Under the pieces are notes generated by a model, which made no database searches, had not been told where the DNA came from, and saw only the letters and a list, made by a program, of their open reading frames with translations. A DNA stretch of 22,042 nucleotides from NCBI GenBank assembly GCA_963662665.2, contig CAXXJS010000064.1, positions 1 through 22,042 on the forward strand, read 5' to 3'. How positions within the stretch are numbered: position 1 is the first letter of the stretch; each line of letters begins with the position of its first letter. The position numbers and the translations under genes were made by a program. Shown in pieces: positions 10,037 through 18,808 of this stretch. The stretch comes from Candidatus Latescibacterota bacterium (GTDB lineage: Bacteria; Latescibacterota; UBA2968; GCA-2709665).

Positions 10037-13000
10037 TCATATTTCATGAACGGCGAGAACGCCCGGTGTGCGCGTCAAGTTCTCTCGAACCTCGCGAGAG
10101 ATCACGAATGCCTCGGGCAACTCGACTTCCACCTCCGTAAGACCGCCTTCCAGCCGCAGAATCAGGCTGACTCTGCCTCCGTTTCCGTTTTTTCCGGGGT
10201 CCAGCAGCCCACTGAGGCGCGAAATCGGATCCTCCTCGTCAACAGCGATTCGCAAACCAGCCACGGTCTGAGATGCCAGATCTTCAAGGCGCCGGACGGA
10301 CTGAGCGGTCAGCCTTGGAGATTCCCCGTCCGAGCGGCCCTCGACGTCGAGGAGCAGATTTGTGCCGAGCCGCAGCAATTCCCGGGACGACGAGAGCAAT
10401 TCGGAGAATACGGTCACCTCATAACTGCCGCTTGTATCGGATAACTGCACGAAGGCAAACCGATTCCCCTTAGCCGACGTACGTTCTTGGACGCCCTCTA
10501 CAGATCCGGCGAGTCTCAACTGCCGATCGCTTCCATTCAGCAATTTGCTCGCGTCCGCAAAGCTGCGGACACGGAGCCGCTGCAGAGGAACCCGAAACGC
10601 TTCGAGAGGATGTGCAGACAGGTAGAAGCCTACGGCGTCCCGCTCTTGGGCAAGGCGCTCCATGAGCAGCCAATCTTCCATTTCCGGGACGGGAATCCCC
10701 GGCAGGCCGCCGTCGGCGTCTCCAAATAGACTCTCCTGACCGGTCATGCGGTACTCAGCCGCCGACTGCGCGTGTCGAAGCATCTGTTCTACCGCGGCCA
10801 GGACCTGGGCTCGGTTGGGGTTCAATGTGTCGAACGCACCGGCCCTCGCCAAGTTTTCAAGTTGCCGTTTGTTGATTAGTCGCGGATCGATACGATCCGC
10901 GAAATCTGAAAGGCTGCGGTAGGGACCATTCTCTTTCCGCTCGGCCACGATGCATTCCATCGCCTGTTTACCGACATTCTTGATCGCCGCAAGCGCATAT
11001 CGAATGCTGGCGACCGCATCGTCTCCTTCACCATCGCGCTCGACAGCGAATTCAACATCGGACTGATTGATATCCGGATGGCGGAGCTCAACACCCATGC
11101 GCTCCGCTTCCATCTTGGAAATACCCAACTTATCCGTGTTGCCCATATCGAGCGTCATGGACGCTGCCAGGAATTCCACCGGGTAGTTGGCTTTCAGCCA
11201 CGCCGTCTGGTACGCGATGAGCGCATAGCAAGCGGCATGGGATTTGTTGAATCCATAACCGGCAAATTTTTCGACCAGCTCGAATATGTACGTCGCGCGA
11301 CCCCGATCGACTCCTTGCTCAACGGCACCGTCGATGAACTTCTCACGCTGAGCAGCCATCTCAGATTTGATCTTCTTTCCCATTGCCCACCTGAGCACAT
11401 CCGCGTCGCTCAGGCTGAAGCCAGAGAGAACCTTGGCGATCTCCATTACCTGCTCCTGGTAGATGATGACGCCGTAAGTCTCCTGAAGAACGGGCACGAT
11501 CATCTGATGGAGCGTTTCCGGTTCCTCCTGACCTTTCTTGCATGCGACGAATCTGGGGATGTTCTCCATAGGTCCAGGGCGGTACAGCGCGACGAGGGCG
11601 ATGATGTCCTCGAACGCGTCGGGCTTCATATCGACAAGCACCTGACGCATGCCTGTACTTTCAAGCTGGAACACGCCAACCGTCTCGCCACGCCCGAGCA
11701 TCTCGAATGTCTTGCGGTCATCGAGAGGGATCTTCTCCAACTCGATTTCATCGTCCTTTCGATCGACGAGGTTCAGCGTCTTATTCAATACGGTGAGTGT
11801 CTTCAGACCAAGAAAGTCGAACTTCACCAGACCCGCTTGGTCGACGTACTTCATGGAGAACTGTGTCACCGGCATCGTGGACCTTGGATCGCGGTAAAGC
11901 GGGATCAGTTCGTCGAGCGGCCGGTCTCCGATGACCACGCCCGCCGCGTGTGTGGACGCATGCCGGTATAGACCTTCGAGCTTCAGCGCGATGTCGAGCA
12001 AATGGGCGACCGCCTCGTCCGAATTCCGCATCTCCTGAAGTCGCGGCTCCCCGCTGATCGCATCCGCGAGCTTCACGGGATTGGCAGGATTGTTCGGAAC
12101 CATCTTGCAGATACGGTCGACCTGACCATAAGGCATCTCCAGAACCCGCCCCACGTCACGGAGCGCGGCCCGCGCCTGAAGTTTTCCGAACGTGATGATT
12201 TGCGCGACCCGCTCTCTACCGTACTTTTCTTCGACGTAACGCAGGACTTCGTCGCGGCCCTCCTGACAGAAATCGACGTCGAAGTCCGGCATCGAGATTC
12301 GGCCCGGGTTCAGGAACCGCTCGAACAGGAGGCCAAATCTCAGGGGATCGATGTCCGTGATACCCAACGACCATGCCGCGACCGAGCCGGCTCCGGAGCC
12401 CCGTCCTGGACCGACTGGAATTCCGGACTTCCGCGCGAAACCGATGAAATCGGCGACGATGAGGAAGTATCCGGCGAAACCCATGTCGATGATCACGGAC
12501 AGCTCGTACTCGAGGCGCTCGCAGTACGGCGCTGCTATTGACTCCCGATCGGCATTCTCATCGGCGAGCGGAAAGACAATTCGTTCGAGGCGTCGTTTCA
12601 GACCCGCTTCTGCCTGTTGCCGAATTTCCGTCGCCGCGTCCAGGCCACGGGCGGATACATACGCCGGGAAAATCGGCTCATGCGCCAATGGTCGGAACGA
12701 ACACCGCCGGGCAACGATCAAAGTGTTGTCCACGGCTTCAGGAAGATCTCGAAAGAGGTCCCGCATCTCCTGAGCGGACTTGAAACGGTGCTCCGACGTA
12801 AACCGCCGTCGGTCCGCCTGGTTGAGATACGTGCCATCGGAAATGCAGATCAGCGCGTCGTGCGCTTCCTGCATCGACTCATCGGCGTAGTACGCATCGT
12901 TGGTCGCCACGAGTGGAAGCTTGAACTCATAAGCAAGATCGACCAGGGCCGCTTCGACCCGACTCTGCTCAGGAAGTCCGTGGCGCTGCAGTTCGACGTA

Positions 13001-13516
13001 CAGGCGTCCCGGGAACATATTTGCCAGGGCCCGCAAGTTGGCCTCAGCGGCCGGACGCTGATGGGCAGCGAGCAATTTATCGACGGGACCGAGAGGCCCG
13101 CCGGTCAAGGCAATCAATCCGTCAGCACAGTCTCTCAACTCTGCATACGTGACATACGGTACGCTGCCGTCCTCCGTCGCGAGATACGCTTGGCTCGATA
13201 GCTTGAGGAGATTCCGATAGCCCGCCTCGTGCTGCACGAGCAGAATTAGTGAATCGACTTCGGACTGATTATGTTTGCGTTCCGCCTTGGTGAACGACGA
13301 AACACCCAACACCGTCCCGATGATCGGCTGGATCCCTGCCTCGGCGCAGGCCATGGAAAATTCAAGCGCCCCGAACAGATTCCCGGAATCGGTGATCGCC
13401 ACGGCCGGCATGTCGTGACGCGCACAGAGATCAACGAGCTCACCTATGATGATGGCGCCCTCAGACAACGAGTACGCCGTGTGTACCCTCAAATGAACGA
13501 AATCCGCGTGCGCCAT
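10037..13516 (-). CDS. dnaE: DNA polymerase III alpha subunit (replicative DnaE1)
   Basis: 1159 aa; PHP domain HLRVHTAYSL, VGPGRGSGAGS, FERFLNPGRISMPDFDVDF, STHAAGVVI, KFDFLGLKTL, YGFNKSHA, C-terminal OB fold. No intein-sized insertion. Confidence 0.98.
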   Translation of the reverse strand: MAHADFVHLRVHTAYSLSEGAIIIGELVDLCARHDMPAVAITDSGNLFGALEFSMACAEAGIQPIIGTVLGVSSFTKAERKHNQSEVDSLILLVQHEAGYRNLLKLSSQAYLATEDGSVPYVTYAELRDCADGLIALTGGPLGPVDKLLAAHQRPAAEANLRALANMFPGRLYVELQRHGLPEQSRVEAALVDLAYEFKLPLVATNDAYYADESMQEAHDALICISDGTYLNQADRRRFTSEHRFKSAQEMRDLFRDLPEAVDNTLIVARRCSFRPLAHEPIFPAYVSARGLDAATEIRQQAEAGLKRRLERIVFPLADENADRESIAAPYCERLEYELSVIIDMGFAGYFLIVADFIGFARKSGIPVGPGRGSGAGSVAAWSLGITDIDPLRFGLLFERFLNPGRISMPDFDVDFCQEGRDEVLRYVEEKYGRERVAQIITFGKLQARAALRDVGRVLEMPYGQVDRICKMVPNNPANPVKLADAISGEPRLQEMRNSDEAVAHLLDIALKLEGLYRHASTHAAGVVIGDRPLDELIPLYRDPRSTMPVTQFSMKYVDQAGLVKFDFLGLKTLTVLNKTLNLVDRKDDEIELEKIPLDDRKTFEMLGRGETVGVFQLESTGMRQVLVDMKPDAFEDIIALVALYRPGPMENIPRFVACKKGQEEPETLHQMIVPVLQETYGVIIYQEQVMEIAKVLSGFSLSDADVLRWAMGKKIKSEMAAQREKFIDGAVEQGVDRGRATYIFELVEKFAGYGFNKSHAACYALIAYQTAWLKANYPVEFLAASMTLDMGNTDKLGISKMEAERMGVELRHPDINQSDVEFAVERDGEGDDAVASIRYALAAIKNVGKQAMECIVAERKENGPYRSLSDFADRIDPRLINKRQLENLARAGAFDTLNPNRAQVLAAVEQMLRHAQSAAEYRMTGQESLFGDADGGLPGIPVPEMEDWLLMERLAQERDAVGFYLSAHPLEAFRVPLQRLRVRSFADASKLLNGSDRQLRLAGSVEGVQERTSAKGNRFAFVQLSDTSGSYEVTVFSELLSSSRELLRLGTNLLLDVEGRSDGESPRLTAQSVRRLEDLASQTVAGLRIAVDEEDPISRLSGLLDPGKNGNGGRVSLILRLEGGLTEVEVELPEAFVISREVRENLTRTPGVLAVHEI

Positions 13517-13574
13517 GATCCTTACGCCCTGTTGGACGTAACATCATCCCATACCCAACTAAATGGGATAAGAA

Positions 13575-13589
13575 GAACAAAATGTGAAC
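13575..13589. promoter_or_regulatory. LexA (SOS) box, alphaproteobacterial type
   Basis: GAAC-AAAATGT-GAAC (minus strand GTTCACATTTTGTTC), an exact GTTC-N7-GTTC match, 58 bp upstream of the dnaE ATG in an AT-rich spacer. Confidence 0.85.
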
Positions 13590-13607
13590 TATAGTAAATA
13601 TTGTGGA

Positions 13608-14294
13608 TTAGGCTGGGAGTAATACCCCATCTTGTAGTTCCACTATCCGATCCATTCGTTGAGCCATGCCCGGGTTATGCGTGGCAATAAGAGTGGCGAC
13701 ATTGCGCTCGCGCACCAGCGCAACGAGGCCCTCGAATACCGATTCCGCAGTCTGTTGATCGAGATTCCCCGTTGGCTCATCCGCCAGCAAGATAACTGGT
13801 TCATTCGCGACCGCTCGCGCGATCGCGACCCGCTGTTGTTCGCCACCAGACAACCGCGTGGGCCGGTGCTCCAACCGCTGCCCCAAACCAAAGCCTTCCA
13901 ACAGATCATTTGCCCGGTGGCGCGCCGCACTTCGTTCGCGTCCCGCGATCAGCATAGGAATCATCACGTTCTCAAGCGCGGTGAATTCGGGCATCAGGTG
14001 ATGGAACTGGTAAATCATGCCCAGTCTATCGCGCCGCGTCTCGGTTCGAGCGCGATCGTTCATGCCGGAACAACCCACGCCACAGATCTCGATGATTCCC
14101 GCGTCCGGCTTCTCCAGCAGGGCCGCGATATGCAGGAGTGTGGATTTCCCTGCTCCCGACGGTCCGAGCAGGGCAACAGTTTCACTTGGTCTGATGTCGA
14201 GATCAATCTGCCGCAAGACGTTGAGCACGACGCCACCCTGTCGAAATGACTTGCCGACAGAGCGAAGTTTGAGGACTGGCTCGGCGTCACTCAT
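13608..14294 (-). CDS. lolD: Lipoprotein-releasing ABC transporter ATP-binding protein LolD
   Basis: GPSGAGKS, YQFHHLMPEFTALENV, LSGGEQQRVAIARA, LADEPTGNLD, ATHN; overlaps the lolC/E stop. Confidence 0.95.
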   Translation of the reverse strand: MSDAEPVLKLRSVGKSFRQGGVVLNVLRQIDLDIRPSETVALLGPSGAGKSTLLHIAALLEKPDAGIIEICGVGCSGMNDRARTETRRDRLGMIYQFHHLMPEFTALENVMIPMLIAGRERSAARHRANDLLEGFGLGQRLEHRPTRLSGGEQQRVAIARAVANEPVILLADEPTGNLDQQTAESVFEGLVALVRERNVATLIATHNPGMAQRMDRIVELQDGVLLPA

Positions 14295-15531
14295 ACCGCA
14301 AGGCGTCGATGGGATCGAGGCGCGACGCCCGCCAAGCCGGATAGATGGTCGCGAGCATGGACAAGACCAATCCCATGGCGACGACCATGACGACTTCGGC
14401 GGTATCGATCTTCGCGGGCAGACGGGACAAAAACCTTATTTCCGCTGCCCACAGTTCGGTGCCCGTCAGACCTTCAAGCCAAACCCGGATGATGTCGATA
14501 TTACTTGCGAACGAGATTCCCAGCACGAACCCAATCAGCGTCCCCAACACACCGATACTCGTCCCACTGAAAAAGAAAATACGCATGACGAAGAATTGAC
14601 TCGCGCCCATCGTTCGCAGGATTGCGATGTCGCTACCCTTGTCCTTCACGAGCATAATGAGGCTTGAAACGATATTGAAGGCCGCGACTAGGATGATGAG
14701 CGTCAGAATGAGAAACATCACATTCCGTTCGACCTGCAACGCCGTGAAGAAATGGGAGTTGGCCTGCTGCCAATCGAATATCCGAATGGGGTGTGAAACC
14801 GCTTCAGAGACTCTCTGGCGCGCCAACGCCAGTTCTTCAGGGTCCTCCAGCATGACCTCGATCGCCGAAACGTCGCTCCCCAAGCGGAAGAACACCTGCG
14901 CCGCCCCCAATGGAACGTAGACGAAGGTCGAGTCGTATTCATACATTCCGACATTGAACGTTCCCACAACTCGATAACCGCGTATTCTCGGTAGGGTTCC
15001 CAACGGGCTGAAATTTCCCTGCGGCGCGACGAGGGTGATCGTGTCACCGATCACGAGCCCCAGCTTGCGTGCGAGCCGCCGACCGACCACCACAGCGTCC
15101 TTACCTTCGAACTCCGCAAGAGAACCTCTTAGAATCTTGTCGGCGATGATGGGTTGGCTGCGGAGGTCGTCGGGACGAATGCCCCGGACGAGGGCGCCGC
15201 TTGCGACACCGTTCGCCATTGCCATCGCCTGACCCTCAACGATGGGTATAGCTCGACTAACGCCCCGTACTTCCGTCAGCGTGCGCGACAGCGCGTCGAA
15301 TGGCTGTTTGGGGTCAGCAGTCTGTTGAACGATCAAATGGCCGTTCAAGCCCAGGATCCGCCCAAGCAATTCAGCGCGAAATCCGTTCATGACCGCCATC
15401 ACGACGATGAGCGTGGCGACACCGAGAGCGATTCCGATCAGCGAAAACCCTGCGATGACGGAAATGAATCCTTCTTGTCGCCGCGGCCGCAGGTAACGCG
15501 CGGCGATCATCCATTCCAGGCGGGAAGGCAT
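14287..15531 (-). CDS. Lipoprotein-releasing ABC transporter permease (single LolC/E-family subunit)
   Basis: RYLR, GIALGVATLIVVMAVMNGF, VAAFNI.SSL.M.V.DK..DIAILRTMGA, YPAWRA..LDP..ALRYE. Confidence 0.95.
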   Translation of the reverse strand: MPSRLEWMIAARYLRPRRQEGFISVIAGFSLIGIALGVATLIVVMAVMNGFRAELLGRILGLNGHLIVQQTADPKQPFDALSRTLTEVRGVSRAIPIVEGQAMAMANGVASGALVRGIRPDDLRSQPIIADKILRGSLAEFEGKDAVVVGRRLARKLGLVIGDTITLVAPQGNFSPLGTLPRIRGYRVVGTFNVGMYEYDSTFVYVPLGAAQVFFRLGSDVSAIEVMLEDPEELALARQRVSEAVSHPIRIFDWQQANSHFFTALQVERNVMFLILTLIILVAAFNIVSSLIMLVKDKGSDIAILRTMGASQFFVMRIFFFSGTSIGVLGTLIGFVLGISFASNIDIIRVWLEGLTGTELWAAEIRFLSRLPAKIDTAEVVMVVAMGLVLSMLATIYPAWRASRLDPIDALRYE

Positions 15532-15538
15532 GGTTCGG

Positions 15539-16858
15539 TCAGCCGGTGAAACGCGAGGTCACGGATTCGATCGGTATTTCCTCATCGACGTTGCCCGTGC
15601 GCGATCTCATTTCAACGACCCCCGACGCGACGCCGCGCGGTCCGACGACAAGCTGCCACGGCGTCCCGATCAGTTCACTGGTCGCGAACTTCACGCCGGC
15701 CCGCTCATGCGTGTCATCGTAGAGGACATCGACGCCGGATGATGACAGTTCGGAATACAATTGCTCACAGGCTTCCGTCGTCGCCGAGTCATCGACTTTC
15801 AGATTGATCAGACCGACGCGGAATGGCGCGACGGACTCCGGCCAGATGATACCTGCCTCATCGTGGCTGGCCTCAATGATCGCACCAACCAAGCGTGAGA
15901 CTCCTATCCCGTACGATCCCATTTCTACCGGCATTTCCGAACCATCGGCGTGCTGAACCGTTGCACCCATGGCTTTGGAATACTTCGTCCCGAAGTAAAA
16001 GATGTGCCCCACTTCGATCCCCCGCGTGTGGAGGGCTTTATCGCTCGGCACCCGACTCGCGAATCCATCGGCATCGTGTTTCTCGTCGGTCGCGGCATAG
16101 AGGCGGGTCCATTCGTCCACGACTGGCTGCAAATCGTCGTCATAGTCAACGCCCCTGGCGGACGGATCGAACCCCAGATAATCGGCATGGCAGAACACTT
16201 CGCTCTCGCCCGTTTCCGCCAAAATGATAAATTCGTGACTCAAGTCGCCTCCGATCGGGCCAGTGTCTGCCGCCATCGGAATAGCCTTGAGACCCATCCG
16301 AGCGAAGGTCCTGAGATAAGCGACGAACATCTTGTTATAGGAACGACGAGCACCTTCATAGTCGAGGTCGAACGAATACGAATCCTTCATCAAGAATTCC
16401 CGGCCACGCATGATGCCGAACCGTGGACGGACCTCGTCTCGGAATTTCCATTGAATGTGGTAGAGCAGCTGCGGCAGATCCCGATAGCTCTTCACGGAGT
16501 TTCGAAAGATGTCCGTGATGAGTTCCTCGTTGGTGGGACCGAAAAGCATGTCGCGATCGTGCCGGTCCGTGATCCGCAGCATCTCTTTGCCGTAGTCGTC
16601 GTACCGGCCGCTTTCGCGCCAGAGGCCCGCGGGTTGTATCGTCGGCATCAGCAACTCCTGACATCCGGCGGCATCCTGTTCTTCGCGAACGATCTGTTCG
16701 ATCTTCTTGAGAACTCGAAACCCCAACGGCAACCACGAATAGATTCCGGCGCTCGACTGTCGAATCATGCCGGCACGCAACATCAGGCGGTGAGAAACGA
16801 TCTGCGCTTCAGATGGAGTCTCCCGTAGTGTTGGCATGAAGTAGCGTGACAAGCGCAT
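15539..16858 (-). CDS. proS: Proline--tRNA ligase (short form without INS editing domain)
   Basis: [80 protein letters not shown] 16858 gives 439 aa. Confidence 0.97.
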   Translation of the reverse strand: MRLSRYFMPTLRETPSEAQIVSHRLMLRAGMIRQSSAGIYSWLPLGFRVLKKIEQIVREEQDAAGCQELLMPTIQPAGLWRESGRYDDYGKEMLRITDRHDRDMLFGPTNEELITDIFRNSVKSYRDLPQLLYHIQWKFRDEVRPRFGIMRGREFLMKDSYSFDLDYEGARRSYNKMFVAYLRTFARMGLKAIPMAADTGPIGGDLSHEFIILAETGESEVFCHADYLGFDPSARGVDYDDDLQPVVDEWTRLYAATDEKHDADGFASRVPSDKALHTRGIEVGHIFYFGTKYSKAMGATVQHADGSEMPVEMGSYGIGVSRLVGAIIEASHDEAGIIWPESVAPFRVGLINLKVDDSATTEACEQLYSELSSSGVDVLYDDTHERAGVKFATSELIGTPWQLVVGPRGVASGVVEMRSRTGNVDEEIPIESVTSRFTG

Positions 16859-17047
16859 CGTCTCACCCGTTCGCGCGCTCACCCAGATGCGCGCCGCTGT
16901 TTCTAACCTACTGGTGTCAAGCGATTTTCGCCGTGATTCCCAAACTCGTGCCGAATGTAGGCAAAGGGTCCTATGAAGGCAATGCTAGGCCTATGAGACC
17001 CCAGCGGATTGATTCGCTCAGCGTGCTTTTCCTGTTCAGTGACCTGA

Positions 17048-17209
17048 TCTCCACCTTGTCAGGCTTGTGGTGGAGACGACTTTTGGGCGATAGTTTGCGC
17101 GCCGGTCTCCCCGACCGCTGCGTGGCCCCGTTACGGAAGCTTCGATTGAAAACGGACCAGGGTCAACGGCGGCACATGACGCTGTTGCAGAGAACTGTTG
17201 GGGAGACGG
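17048..17209 (+). promoter_or_regulatory. Candidate structured cis-regulatory leader of the purine permease
   Basis: GTCTCCCCGAC (17105-17115) pairs with GTTGGGGAGAC (17197-17207, contains the SD) and encloses two hairpins; upstream inverted repeat TCTCCACC/GGTGGAGA (17048-17076). Pairings seen by eye; function inferred. Confidence 0.45.
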
Positions 17210-18498
17210 ATGCTCGATTCATACTTCAAGCTTTCCGAGAACGGCGTGACGGTACGGACCGAAGTTCTTGCCGGCATCACGACGTTTCTCACCATGGCCT
17301 ACATCATATTCGTGAACCCATTGATCCTCACCGACGCCGGCATGGACCGAGATGCCGTGTTCATGGCGACTTGCTTCGCGGCGGCGATCGGCACGCTGAT
17401 CATGGGTCTCTACGCCAACTATCCCATAGCCCTCGCGCCCGGCATGGGCCTCAACGCCTACTTCACGTACGGCGTAGTGCTGGGCATGGGATTTTCGTGG
17501 CAGGTCGCACTCGGCGCGGTGTTCATCTCGGGCGTCCTGTTCCTGCTGTTGAGCGTCTTCCGCACGCGAGAGTGGATCATCAACGCGGTGCCGAAATCCT
17601 TGAAGCTCGCCGTATCCGCGGGAATCGGAATGTTCCTCGCGATCATCGCGCTCAAGAACGCGGGTATCGTTCAAGACCACCAGGCTACGCTGGTCACCGT
17701 CGGGGACATGACATCGGCACCGGCCCTATTCGCAACGGTCGGCTTCATCGTCATCATCGTGCTCAATTTCAAGAAGGTGCCCGGAGCGATCATCATCGGG
17801 ATCATCCTAGCTACGGCGATAGGGATCGCTTTTGGCGTCTCGCCGTTCAACGGCGTCGTCGCGTCGCCCCCGTCCATGGCACCCACGTTACTGCAATTCG
17901 ATCTCGCTGGGGCCTTCCAGATCGGTCTGGTAACAATCGTTTTCGCGTTCCTATTCGTCGATCTATTCGATACCGCGGGAACCTTGATCGGCATCGCACA
18001 CCGCGCTGGTTTGCTTGACGAGCAAGGACGACTTCCCCGGATTCGCAAGGCGCTGATTGTCGATTCCGTCGCCACGATGGCGGGCGCGGCGATGGGGACA
18101 TCGACGACGACAAGCTACATCGAAAGTGCTGCTGGCGTGAACGCTGGCGGGCGCACGGGCCTGACGGCCGTCACCGTGGCGATCTTGTTCGTGGCAGCGA
18201 TCGTTCTATCGCCGCTGGCCACTACGATTCCCGCATATGCAACAGCACCGGCCTTGCTGTTTGTCGCGTGCATCATGGCCAGGGGGCTTGCCGAAATCGA
18301 TTGGGATGACGTGACGGAGTATGCACCCGCCGTGGTGACCGCGTTCGCCATGCCGTTTACATTCTCCATCGCCACGGGGATCGGTTTCGGCTTCATCACA
18401 TATGCGGCAAAAAAATCCTGAGTGGACGGACGAGCGAGGCATCCCCCGCCGTTATCGTCATCGCGCTGGCATTCGGCGTGAAATTCGCAATTCTGTAA
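17210..18498 (+). CDS. NCS2 / AzgA-like (PbuG/GhxP/AdeP-type) purine permease, with a frameshift near the 3' end
   Basis: RTEVLAGITTFLTMAYIIFVNP, ALAPGMGLNAYF, DLFDTAGTL, TSYIESAAGV.AGGRTGLTA, MPFTFSIATGIGFGFITY. ATG 17210 follows GGGGAG. The frame stops at 18421, but the last helix (ILSGRTSEASPAVIVIALAFGVKFAIL, stop 18496-18498) continues in the -1 frame after the A7 run at 18409-18415. Confidence 0.93.
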
Positions 18499-18507
18499 GG
18501 GCCTAGA

Positions 18508-18540
18508 GGCGCCGGACGCTCATCGCAACCGCCCGGCGCC
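18508..18540 (-). terminator. GC-rich hairpin between convergent genes (possible 3'-end structure)
   Basis: Minus strand GGCGCCGGGCG-N11-CGTCCGGCGCC, 11 bp including one G-U (an A-C mismatch on the + strand). No U tract on either side, so not a canonical intrinsic terminator. Confidence 0.4.
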
Positions 18541-18556
18541 GCTCGACCTCACCGGC

Positions 18557-18799
18557 CTAACCCACAGCCGCGCGGAAGTCGATGACCTTGTGCTCGAACA
18601 GCGCCCAAACGACGCCCGTAATCATAGCGGCAATGATTGTTGTCGCACCCGCTTTGATCCACATGCGTGGCTTCTCGGGCGCACCGGGCTCCATGCCCTC
18701 TTCAGTCGCGTCAGGAGTTCTGACCCCGAACGGCAATGTCGTAAACAGCACGAGCCACCAGACGATCGCATATGTAGCAGCGAGGCTCGTCCAGCTCAT
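18557..18799 (-). CDS. DUF1467-family small membrane protein
   Basis: 80 aa; Y.IVWWLVLF.TLPFGVR, EPGAPEKP, K..ATT pattern; usual position downstream of mce in Alphaproteobacteria. Confidence 0.85.
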   Translation of the reverse strand: MSWTSLAATYAIVWWLVLFTTLPFGVRTPDATEEGMEPGAPEKPRMWIKAGATTIIAAMITGVVWALFEHKVIDFRAAVG

Positions 18800-18808
18800 G
18801 CGGATCCC

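Noticed and set aside
10037-13516. Possible intein in dnaE, or DnaE2 identity given the SOS box
   Set aside because: Normal length with contiguous motifs; DnaE1-type signatures and C-terminus; no imuAB.
16890-16920. Perfect TTGACA on the minus strand upstream of proS
   Set aside because: No -10-like hexamer at 16-18 bp (GCGGCG there); TAGAAA is only about 10 bp away. The proS promoter cannot be placed.
16966-17063. TPP-riboswitch-like words (GGGTC...TGAGA-CCC and ACCTGATC)
   Set aside because: About 40 nt separate the two words instead of a few, and the downstream TAAT loop and GCG-N-AGG elements are missing.
17085-17103. GGCGATAG...CGCC resembling the 5' hairpin of a fluoride riboswitch
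   Set aside because: Loop does not match GAUGR.GU, no good pseudoknot partner, and the downstream gene is unrelated.
16846-18018. 390-aa + strand ORF overlapping the permease in another frame
   Set aside because: Arg/His-rich off-frame translation of a high-GC3 membrane-protein gene; no SD or domain features.
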